Made by a program: the position numbers and the translations under genes
Part shown: positions 55,839 to 64,000 of the stretch, piece by piece
Layout: each line of letters begins with the position of its first letter
How positions within the stretch are numbered: the first letter of the stretch is position 1
Notes under the pieces: generated by a model
Databases searched by the model: none
What the model was told of the DNA's origin: nothing
Seen by the model: the letters and a program-made list of their open reading frames with translations, nothing else
Assembly (NCBI GenBank): GCA_963768855.1
Contig: CAVYJM010000006.1
Coordinates: 704,001-768,000 of the forward strand
Reading direction: 5' to 3'
Length of the DNA: 64,000 nt
From: an uncultured Thermoplasmata archaeon
Lineage (GTDB): Archaea; Thermoplasmatota; Thermoplasmata; RBG-16-68-12

Positions 55839-56729
55839 ATGCGTCTCCTCGCGTGGGTGCGTGCGTCCCAGGCCGTCCTCTTCGAGGCGGCGATCGTGCC
55901 CGCCTGCGTCGGGACGGTCGCCGCCGTGGCTGCGGGCGCTCCCTTCAACGCGCTGTACTTCGCCCTCATCCTCGTCTCCCTCGTGGCCATCCAGGCGGGC
56001 GCGAACCTGCTCAAGGGCTACTACGAGGCTCAGGATCGCACCGTGTCCCCGTCCTCCCCGGGCTCCTGGATTGCGTTCGACAGCGGTGCGGCGGTCGGGC
56101 TCACGCGGGATCCCCGGACCGTCCTCCGGGTCGCGTGGACGTGCATGGCGCTCGGCGTCCTCGCGGGGCTCGCGCTCGTTGCGCTGACCGGAAGCGTGTG
56201 GCTCCTCCTGTTCGGATTGGCGGGGTTCCTCCTGGCCTGGAGCTACAGCTCGCCGCCCCTCAAGCTCAGCTACCGCGGAATCGGGGAGATCTCGACGTTC
56301 CTGGCCTTCGGTCCCATCATGACCGTGGGGGCGACGTTGGCGTTTGGCAGCCGCGGACTCGTCGGGAGCCTGCTCGCCTCCGTAATCCTTGGGTTCCTCG
56401 CCGCGGCGATCTCCTTCAGTCGCTACTTCCCGAACGAGGTCGAGGACCGCGCGAAGGGGAAGCGGACGCCCGTGACGCTCCTGGGGAGGCAGCAGTCCGT
56501 TTCGGTCCTCGTCGCGCTGTGGTGGTCCCCCGTCTGCCTCGCCCTCCTGTGGTACTCCCAGGATCCGCAGCTGCTCCCTGCGCTCCTCCCGCTTCCCTGG
56601 CTCCTGGCAGCCTCGGCCGTCCTGCCGGGAGCGCAGGCTCGCACGCGCGCCCGCTCCCTCGCGATCGGACTCACCGTGCTGGCCCATCTGTTCGCCGGCA
56701 TCGGGCTCCTCGTGGCGTTCCTCACGTAG
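55839..56729 (+). CDS. UbiA-family prenyltransferase, MenA-like, degenerate Asp motif (paralog 2)
   Basis: YSSPPLKLSYRGIGEI..FLAFGP, EDRAKGKRT; the first motif reads NLLKGYYEAQD. Confidence 0.8.
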   Translation: MRLLAWVRASQAVLFEAAIVPACVGTVAAVAAGAPFNALYFALILVSLVAIQAGANLLKGYYEAQDRTVSPSSPGSWIAFDSGAAVGLTRDPRTVLRVAWTCMALGVLAGLALVALTGSVWLLLFGLAGFLLAWSYSSPPLKLSYRGIGEISTFLAFGPIMTVGATLAFGSRGLVGSLLASVILGFLAAAISFSRYFPNEVEDRAKGKRTPVTLLGRQQSVSVLVALWWSPVCLALLWYSQDPQLLPALLPLPWLLAASAVLPGAQARTRARSLAIGLTVLAHLFAGIGLLVAFLT

Positions 56730-56801
56730 TCGGACCCGCGGCCTCGAGCATCCTCCGGGGAGAGGGGCGCCCGCCCAGTCTCCTTGGACGACGGGGAGGC
56801 G

Positions 56802-57722
56802 TCACAGGAACGTCAGGAGGAGGTACGCCAGGGTGAGGCCGACCCCGAGGAGGAGCACCGCTTGGATGGTGCCCGCGTTCGCGGGCATGTGCCTCGGATA
56901 CTCGCGATAGTACGTCCGGAGGATCCGGATCGACTTCAGCAGGGGAGGCACCGCAACGAGGCCGAGGAGCGCGAGCCACGGGATCCCGCCCACGGCGACG
57001 AACCCCAGGAGGAGGACGACAGCGGCCGCGACCAACGCGAGGTAGATCCGATAGGAACGCTCGAGGCCGAGCCTTGCCGGGATTGTGCGCTTCCCGCCTC
57101 GCGGATCCGTCTCATGCTCCGGCATCTCGTTCACGAACAGGAACGCCGCGACGAGAATTCCGAGGGGGATCGACGCGAGGAACGCTTCGGTGGATAGACG
57201 GCCCGTCTGGACCGCGTAGGCCCCGAGGGTCACGATGGGCCCGAAAACCACGCCGACGGCCACGTCGCCCAGGCCGTGGTACTGGAGGGAGAACGGCGGG
57301 AGGGTGTAGAAGACACCGAGGGCGCCACCCACGATCCCGAGTGCCAGGAGGAGCCCTCCGTTCGGTCTCGTCGCGGCCAGCGCCACGCCGAGGAGACCGC
57401 CGACGGCGTAGAGGGCGATCCACGCGCGGCGGTGCGCCGAGACGGTCAGCTCGCCTTCCGGCAAGACCCGCGCGCCGCCCGTGAAGGGGCTCACCAGATG
57501 CGGCGGAAGGTCGTCCACGCCATGGAGGAAGTCCACCGTGTCGTTGCTCATGTTCGTGGCCGCCTGGAGGGCGACGACGCCGAGGAGGGTCGCGACGAAT
57601 GCGGGTCCGTCGAAGGCTCCCGCCCGGGCGTAGGCGATCGCGGTCCCCAGGAAGACGCCGACCGCCGAGGCGACGAAGGAGTGGGGCTGGGTCGCCTTGA
57701 ACCAGGTCCGCAGCGAGGCCAT
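56802..57722 (-). CDS. UbiA-family prenyltransferase, MenA-like (paralog 3)
   Basis: NMSNDTVDFLHGVD, SPFTGGARV, YTLPPFSLQYHGLGD, NEMPEHETDPRGGKRTI. Confidence 0.88.
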   Translation of the reverse strand: MASLRTWFKATQPHSFVASAVGVFLGTAIAYARAGAFDGPAFVATLLGVVALQAATNMSNDTVDFLHGVDDLPPHLVSPFTGGARVLPEGELTVSAHRRAWIALYAVGGLLGVALAATRPNGGLLLALGIVGGALGVFYTLPPFSLQYHGLGDVAVGVVFGPIVTLGAYAVQTGRLSTEAFLASIPLGILVAAFLFVNEMPEHETDPRGGKRTIPARLGLERSYRIYLALVAAAVVLLLGFVAVGGIPWLALLGLVAVPPLLKSIRILRTYYREYPRHMPANAGTIQAVLLLGVGLTLAYLLLTFL

Positions 57723-57726
57723 CCGA

Positions 57727-58092
57727 CTAATCCCACTCCGTCTGGTCCTTCCGGAGCACGCGGACCTCGAGGAGCGTAAGCGGGTCCGGTCCGGGGTTGA
57801 CGACCGTGTGGGTCTCTCCGTGGATCATCCGGACCACGTCGCCCGGCCCCACCTCGACGGGCGCCGCGTCGTCGAGGACGATCTGCCCCCGTCCCTCGAG
57901 GAAGTAGAAGATCTGGGCGTACCGGTGGCGGTGTGGCGGCGAGTGCACCCCCGGCTCCATCCTCGCGATGCCCATGAGCATGAAGTTGCTGTCGTTCGAC
58001 CCCATGATCTTCTTGTCCACGATCCCTGGGCCGATCCCCTTCTCCCACGCCTCCGCCGGGAGACGGCGGACCGCCGAACGCTTGTCGATCAT
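57727..58092 (-). CDS. Cupin-domain protein
   Basis: HSPPHRHRYAQIFYFLEGRG...GDVVRMIHGETHTVVN; ATG at 58092. Confidence 0.85.
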   Translation of the reverse strand: MIDKRSAVRRLPAEAWEKGIGPGIVDKKIMGSNDSNFMLMGIARMEPGVHSPPHRHRYAQIFYFLEGRGQIVLDDAAPVEVGPGDVVRMIHGETHTVVNPGPDPLTLLEVRVLRKDQTEWD

Positions 58093-58164
58093 CGCTTCCA
58101 AAGTCCGACCTCCGTACGTCCGAGGCCGAGGGTCTATTAGTAGGCGGATGATTACGTGTAATCT

Positions 58165-58845
58165 ATGGCCTTCTGGCGGATTAGCGTCGGGCTCCCGTCC
58201 GCGCCCCTCGTGCAGGCCGGCCTCTTGCCCCCCGCCTTCTTCCGGCACAACGAGTCGATCGAGATCCTGCGGGTGTATGCCTTCCAGCCGCGCGAGCAGA
58301 TGCTCCTCGCCCGGATCACGCGGTCGGGACGCCCGTGGTCCGCGGAAGAGATCGGGCGTCGTCAAGAGGCGTTGCGCCGGCGTTATAGGCTCCGCGACTT
58401 CGAGATCGTGGAGGTGGGCCCGGAAGGCCGCACGTACGTGGCCCTCCTGCGGCAGGAGACGCCCGGGATCCTCGAGGGGCTCCTCGAGGAGCTGGGAGCC
58501 GGGGTCACCCCGACACCGCCGACCTGGATCGGGCGGGACCGCGCCGTCCTGACCTTCTTGGCGGACGAGGCCGCCGAGAGGAGGATTCTCGGGCTGCTCC
58601 GCTCCCTGGACGTCGCGTACGAGTTGAAGAGCCGTCGGCGGGCTTCCGGAGACCGAGGGAACGCCGGCGACCTCACCGCGCGCCAGAGGGAGGTGCTCAG
58701 TCTCGCATGGAATCTGGGGTACTTCGATGTCCCCGCGCGGGTGGGGTTGGGGAAGATCGCCTCCCTCACCGGGATGAGCCGGAACACTGTGAGCCAGCAT
58801 CTTCGCCGCGGAGTGCGGCGCATCCTCCGGGAGCGGATGGCCTGA
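58165..58845 (+). CDS. Bacterio-opsin-activator-type (HTH_10) regulator
   Basis: LTARQREVLSLAWNLGYFDVPARVGLGKIASLTGMSRNTVSQHLRR. Confidence 0.88.
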   Translation: MAFWRISVGLPSAPLVQAGLLPPAFFRHNESIEILRVYAFQPREQMLLARITRSGRPWSAEEIGRRQEALRRRYRLRDFEIVEVGPEGRTYVALLRQETPGILEGLLEELGAGVTPTPPTWIGRDRAVLTFLADEAAERRILGLLRSLDVAYELKSRRRASGDRGNAGDLTARQREVLSLAWNLGYFDVPARVGLGKIASLTGMSRNTVSQHLRRGVRRILRERMA

Positions 58846-58942
58846 CCGGTTTGGGGTCCCCGAAGCGCGGTATGTATCCCGCGGTAGGTTACCGCACGAA
58901 GGGTTCTTGGCCCCGCGCTGCATCGTATGCCCGGTGCTTCGC

Positions 58943-59320
58943 ATGATCCAGTTCTACACGCTCGAGTTCTTCCAAGAGATCGCACGTCGGCTCAATGCGG
59001 ACTCCGAGTGGGCGAAGGCGATGAAGGGATACGACATGCGGATGGTTTGCAGCGCCAGCGACAAGAAGCGCTGGTTCCTGATTTCCGTGAAGGACGGTGT
59101 GGTCATGACCACGGAGGCCGGCCCGGACACGCGGGCCGACTATCGCTTCGAGGGACGCTACGCCGCGTGGGTCCAGCTCTGCAAAGGGGAGGCCGAGATG
59201 GATCGACTCATCCAGCAGGGCAAGATCCGGCTCGCCGGATCAATGACGGACGCGATGGGGATGATGGGGCCGCTGAATCGGATCGTGATGGCGGCGCGGA
59301 GCTTCCCCAAGGAATTCTGA
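58943..59320 (+). CDS. SCP2 sterol/lipid-binding domain protein
   Basis: EFFQEIARRLNAD.EW, ADYRFEGRYAAWVQL, GKIRLAG; 125 aa. Confidence 0.85.
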   Translation: MIQFYTLEFFQEIARRLNADSEWAKAMKGYDMRMVCSASDKKRWFLISVKDGVVMTTEAGPDTRADYRFEGRYAAWVQLCKGEAEMDRLIQQGKIRLAGSMTDAMGMMGPLNRIVMAARSFPKEF

Positions 59321-59534
59321 CACACGCCCCCGCGGGGACCGCGACCCCGAGACCGCACTCGCTCGCGAGGCTCGCCGAGTTGACTTCGAAGCCCACCCGT
59401 CGGTGCTCGCGGCCGTGACATGCTGGGTTCGGTCCGGCGCGGGTCCATGAGTTTGGTCTCCCTAAATTCCCACCGCGTTCGGGAAAGAGTTATACACCCT
59501 AGCGGGTTACCGAGCGCCGCGAGAAGGGAGTTGA

Positions 59535-60404
59535 GTGCAGCCGCGCGCGTTCGCATACGTTCGGGCTTCGACCGTGTCCCAGGCGGTCGATCTCCTCAAG
59601 AGAAATGGGGACCGCGCGAAGGTCCTCGCGGGGGGCCAGAGCCTCATCCCACTGATGAAGTTGCGTCTCGCCGACCCGCAACTCCTCATCGACATCAGCC
59701 GCATTCGCTCGCTGTCGGCACTCCGCGAGACGGGGAACGGACTCTTGATCGGCGCGATGACGCGGGACCGCGAGTTCGAGCAGTCCAAGATCGTGCAGAG
59801 CAGCTATCCGATCTTGGCAGATGTCGTGAAGGTCCTCGGGGATCCGGAGGTCCGCAATCTCGGGACGATCGGCGGCTCCTTGGCGCACGCGGATCCCGCC
59901 GGAGACTGGGGCACGGCGCTGCTCGCGCTGGACGCGGAGCTCGTCCTGACGGGTCCGAACGGCGAGCGCACCGTGTCGATCGACGGTTTCTTCAAGGACA
60001 CGTTCGCGACCGAGCTCCACTCGGACGAGCTGTTGACCGAGATCCGAATCCCGAAGCCGGGCCCGGGGACGGGGAGCGCGTACAAGAAGCTTAAACGAAA
60101 GACCGGCGACTTCGCCACCGTCGCGGTCTCCGCGGGCATCGAACTCGACTCGAAGGGGACCATCGCGAAGGTCCGTCTGGGTTTGGGCGCGGTCGGCCCG
60201 ACACCCTTCCGGGCGAAGCGCGCGGAGACGTCCCTCGTCGGCAAGTCCCCGGGCGAGGCCGCGTTCAACGAGGCGGGTCGCCTCGCCGCGCAGGAGTCGA
60301 GCCCCGCCTCAGATCTGCACGGGAGCGAGGCCTACAAGCGCGCCATGGTCCAAGTCTTCACGAGGCGGGCGCTCGAGGCCGCGGTCGAGCGGGCGCGGAG
60401 GTGA
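59535..60404 (+). CDS. Molybdenum hydroxylase FAD-binding medium subunit (CoxM/CutM-like)
   Basis: [49 protein letters not shown]. Confidence 0.93.
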   Translation: MQPRAFAYVRASTVSQAVDLLKRNGDRAKVLAGGQSLIPLMKLRLADPQLLIDISRIRSLSALRETGNGLLIGAMTRDREFEQSKIVQSSYPILADVVKVLGDPEVRNLGTIGGSLAHADPAGDWGTALLALDAELVLTGPNGERTVSIDGFFKDTFATELHSDELLTEIRIPKPGPGTGSAYKKLKRKTGDFATVAVSAGIELDSKGTIAKVRLGLGAVGPTPFRAKRAETSLVGKSPGEAAFNEAGRLAAQESSPASDLHGSEAYKRAMVQVFTRRALEAAVERARR

Positions 60405-60408
60405 GCGC

Positions 60409-60975
<567 letters not shown>

Positions 60976-61168
60976 GACCATGGCGCCGCGGACCTGGCCT
61001 TAGCGATCTCCGTCTTCTCGGAGGCGAGCTCTCTCCACGAGCATGCGCTTCCGCATCGGGGTGGCCAGATGGACCTGGAAGCCCATGTCTCGGTCGGCCA
61101 CGTTGCGTTCTTTCCCGAGTGTCTCAAGCGCCGACTCCCCGGAGGCAAACGGCCCGAGCGTGTCCGCC

Positions 61169-61999
61169 CTACTCGTCCGTCCGGACGAGCGTCCGTCCCT
61201 GCCGCACGGAAACGATCTCCGCGAGGATTGCGAGGGCGATCTCCGCGGGAGTGCGCCCACCAAGGTCGAGACCGATCGGCGTGTGGACGGAGCCGAGGAA
61301 CGACTCCGGGATGCCTTCGGTCCGGAGGGCCTCGAAATTCTGCTTCGTGCGGGTCCGGCTCGAGAGCATGCCCACGTAGCCGGCGTGGACCTTCGAGAGG
61401 GCACGTAGCACGATCAGGTCGCGGTCTCCCTTGGTCAGGACCACGACCGCGTCGCGCGGGCCGAACGGGTACTTCGACAGGTCGAAATCAAGATCCCGGA
61501 TCGTCTCGTCCGGCTGCTCCGAGAGCATCGGCAGGTGATCGACCACGACGACCTCGTAGCCGAGGCGCTTCCCCAGGTGGACCAGGTGATCCTCGAGTTC
61601 GTCCCGCCCGCCTTGGCCGATGATGACGAGGCGATTCGGTGGAAGGTAGGGCTCCACGTAGATCTCCATGACGCCGCCGCAGTTCGTCTCGACGAAGATC
61701 TCGTCCGGGGTGTCTGCCGCGACGGTCCCCGCGACCGCCTTCGACACGTCGACAAGATGGACGCGGACGACTCGGGGCACCCCCGTCTCCATGGTCTCCA
61801 GACCGACCTGGACGATCGGACCGTCCGGGCAGCCCCCGCCCAGGGTCCCGTGGACGATATCTCCCTCTTTCGAGATGACGATCTTGAATCCCGGCTTACC
61901 GAGGGTCGATCCCTCCGTCTTCACGACCGCCGCGACGGCAAAGGGTTCCCGTCGGGCGGCGAGAGTCGAGATGGTGCGAACGTACGATGCCGGATCCAC
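61169..61999 (-). CDS. xdhC: XdhC/CoxF-family Moco chaperone
   Basis: GTLGGGC, NCGGVMEIYVEP, YVGMLSSR, VHTPIGLDLGGRTPAEIALAILAEI. Confidence 0.88.
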   Translation of the reverse strand: MDPASYVRTISTLAARREPFAVAAVVKTEGSTLGKPGFKIVISKEGDIVHGTLGGGCPDGPIVQVGLETMETGVPRVVRVHLVDVSKAVAGTVAADTPDEIFVETNCGGVMEIYVEPYLPPNRLVIIGQGGRDELEDHLVHLGKRLGYEVVVVDHLPMLSEQPDETIRDLDFDLSKYPFGPRDAVVVLTKGDRDLIVLRALSKVHAGYVGMLSSRTRTKQNFEALRTEGIPESFLGSVHTPIGLDLGGRTPAEIALAILAEIVSVRQGRTLVRTDE

Positions 62000-62488
62000 C
62001 CTTTCCCTCGGAAAGCCACCACCCCGGCATCGCTTATAGATTTTGATGGGTCTGGAACGGATGGCGTCCGCGCGTTCGCCCTTGGAGGCAGGATCCAGGT
62101 TCCCGAGCCATCGCGGACGTCGAGCCCGTGGGTTCTGCGGATTGGCTCACCTCGCGCGAGGGGCGGCCGGTCCGTTTCTAGAACCCGTCTCGGTTCCCCG
62201 ATCTGCCGGTCTTGAGAGCCGGCCTCTGGGCCGCTCGACGCGGGAACGGAGCACGAGTCCCCTGGGAGTGTTGATGTCCACGGGGGTCCGATTTCGGACA
62301 TCGGGCAGGTCGTTCGGCCCTCGCGACCGCGACGGTTGGTGGATCGTCAGGTCGATTACGGGTCCGGATGTCCCGCGCGAGGGGATCGAAGCCGCTTCCC
62401 GTGCGGGGGATGAACCGGACGAATAGGCTCTATATTTGCAGACCGCGATTTCGAGCCCATTTTCTCCTTACATGACGTAACAAAAGCC

Positions 62489-62497
62489 TTTATAAAA
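62489..62497 (+). promoter_or_regulatory. TATA box for the oligopeptide ABC ATPase genes
   Basis: TTTATAAAA preceded by A-rich CAAAAGCC, about 100 nt upstream of the GTG at 62599. Confidence 0.55.
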
Positions 62498-62598
62498 TGC
62501 CCTCCATCCCCGCATATGGCGCTCTCGGTGACGGGCCCGGCTCGCCTTACGGGGAGGCGCCCGCGGGATGATTTGTCGGAGGTACACGGAGGCGCTGG

Positions 62599-63567
62599 GT
62601 GCCACTTTTAGAGGTCAAGGATCTCAAAGTGTACTTCAGCACGCCCGAGGGCGACGTGCGGGCCGTTGACGGCGTTACCTTCTCCCTCGACGAGGGAGAG
62701 TCCCTCGGCCTCGCGGGCGAGAGCGGTTGCGGGAAGACGACCGCGGCCCTTTCCATCATGCGTCTCCTCCCCAAGAACGGCCGGATCGTCGGCGGCTCCA
62801 TCAACTACCAGGGGTACGACTTGGCCACGCTGACCCAGCCCCAGCTGCGTAGCGTCCGGTGGCACCACATCTCCATCATCTTCCAGGGCGCGATGAACGC
62901 CCTGAACCCGGTGCAGCGGATTGGGCGGCAGATTGCCGAACCCATCAAGCTCCACGAGCATGTCGATGATGACGAGGCGAACAAGCGCGTGGGCGAGCTC
63001 CTCGAGCTCGTCGGGATTCATAAGGACCGGGCGACCGAGTACCCCCACGAATTCTCCGGCGGGATGCGGCAGCGCGTGATGATCGCGATGGCGCTCGCCT
63101 GCAACCCGAAGCTCGTCATCGCGGACGAGCCGGTCACCGCGCTGGACGTCATGATCCAGGCGCAGATCCTCGAACTGCTCGAGCGCCTGAAGCGGGAGCT
63201 TGGTCTCTCCATGATTCTGATATCGCACGATCTGTCCGTGATGGCGGAGACGTGCGACAAGATGGCGATCATGTATGCCGGGAAGATGGTGGAGACCGGC
63301 AGCGTCCGGGACGTGTTCAAGAACTCGAAGCATCCCTACACGAAGGACCTCATCGCCGCCTTCCCCGACATCAAGGGCGCCCGCGTCCTGCCCGCGTACA
63401 TCCCTGGGGACATCCCGAGCCTGATCCACCCGCCGACAGGATGTCACTTCCACCCGCGGTGCAAGTTCGCGTGGAACCTGTGCAAGGAGCAGGAGCCCGG
63501 ACTCCTTCCGGTCTCGGATGGGCACTGTGCGGCCTGCCACCTGAACACGAAGGAGTCCTCCCCATGA
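62599..63567 (+). CDS. oppD: Oligopeptide/dipeptide ABC transporter ATP-binding protein
   Basis: [53 protein letters not shown]. Confidence 0.94.
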   Translation: MPLLEVKDLKVYFSTPEGDVRAVDGVTFSLDEGESLGLAGESGCGKTTAALSIMRLLPKNGRIVGGSINYQGYDLATLTQPQLRSVRWHHISIIFQGAMNALNPVQRIGRQIAEPIKLHEHVDDDEANKRVGELLELVGIHKDRATEYPHEFSGGMRQRVMIAMALACNPKLVIADEPVTALDVMIQAQILELLERLKRELGLSMILISHDLSVMAETCDKMAIMYAGKMVETGSVRDVFKNSKHPYTKDLIAAFPDIKGARVLPAYIPGDIPSLIHPPTGCHFHPRCKFAWNLCKEQEPGLLPVSDGHCAACHLNTKESSP

Positions 63568-64000
63568 CCGATCGCGAACCGTACCTGGCCCTGCGGGATT
63601 TCAAGGTCTGGTTCTCCAAGCGTCGCGGGTTCGTTGAAGCCCTCCGCCGATCGGATCCGGGCTACGTCCGCGCGGTGGACGGACTCAACCTCACGATCGG
63701 CAAGGGGGAGATCTACTGCCTCGTCGGAGAGAGCGGGTGCGGCAAGACCACGACGGGAAAGGGCATCCTGAGGCTGGTCGAACCCACCCACGGCGACGTC
63801 TTCCTGAATCCGACCGCGGAGGAACTGGCCCAGTACGAGGCGGCGAAGGCGGGGGGGAAGGCGGCCGAACTCGAGGAGTTCCGGAAGCACAAGTCCCTCA
63901 CATACAGCGAGAAGGTCCACCGGAGTATCAAGGACTGGGCCTTGGGATTCCTGCTCGGAACCGCCAGCCTGATCGTGGCCACCCTCGTTGGATTCGCGCT
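63564..64000 (+). CDS. oppF: OppF-like ABC ATPase (partial) with an inserted hydrophobic segment
   Basis: Not in the ORF track. ATG overlaps the oppD stop; [34 protein letters not shown], then an insert ending [21 protein letters not shown] at the window edge. Confidence 0.85.
   Translation, partial: MTDREPYLALRDFKVWFSKRRGFVEALRRSDPGYVRAVDGLNLTIGKGEIYCLVGESGCGKTTTGKGILRLVEPTHGDVFLNPTAEELAQYEAAKAGGKAAELEEFRKHKSLTYSEKVHRSIKDWALGFLLGTASLIVATLVGFA

Noticed and set aside
62000-62598. 600-bp intergenic region as a Moco riboswitch, ncRNA or 127-aa ORF
   Set aside because: I could not match a known RNA motif, and the ORFs lack motifs and RBS. An Infernal/Rfam scan would be needed.

Overview
A 64-kb, GC-rich (roughly two-thirds GC by eye) archaeal chromosome segment. 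Archaeal markers are PCNA, TFS, SRP54 with a GLYGQGKT Walker A, archaeal Elp3, alpha2-type GlyRS, an intron-containing tRNA-Tyr, TATA/BRE promoters and DUF835/KaiC-type proteins. Together they point to an uncultured high-GC Thermoplasmata lineage (inference). Housekeeping genes are interleaved with: a solo TnpB whose RuvC-III Asp is replaced by Gln; an ABC transporter operon bracketed by two DUF47 regulators with no binding protein; a type IV pilus locus with two ATPases; a zinc-ribbon/KaiC-like/DUF835 cluster; a membrane-anchored longin-like protein beside a Rab-like GTPase; a ~950-bp tRNA-Thr islet with 15-bp att-like repeats; and three MenA-like prenyltransferases next to SCP2, Mo-hydroxylase M/S subunits and XdhC. 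The strongest candidate for an undescribed system is a 703-aa protein in which a bacterial DnaA AAA+ domain has lost its DNA-binding domain IV and is fused to DUF835, within the KaiC/zinc-ribbon/pilus neighbourhood. Four single-base frameshifts may be assembly errors. No CRISPR array or rRNA was seen. All family calls come from motif recognition by eye, not database searches.
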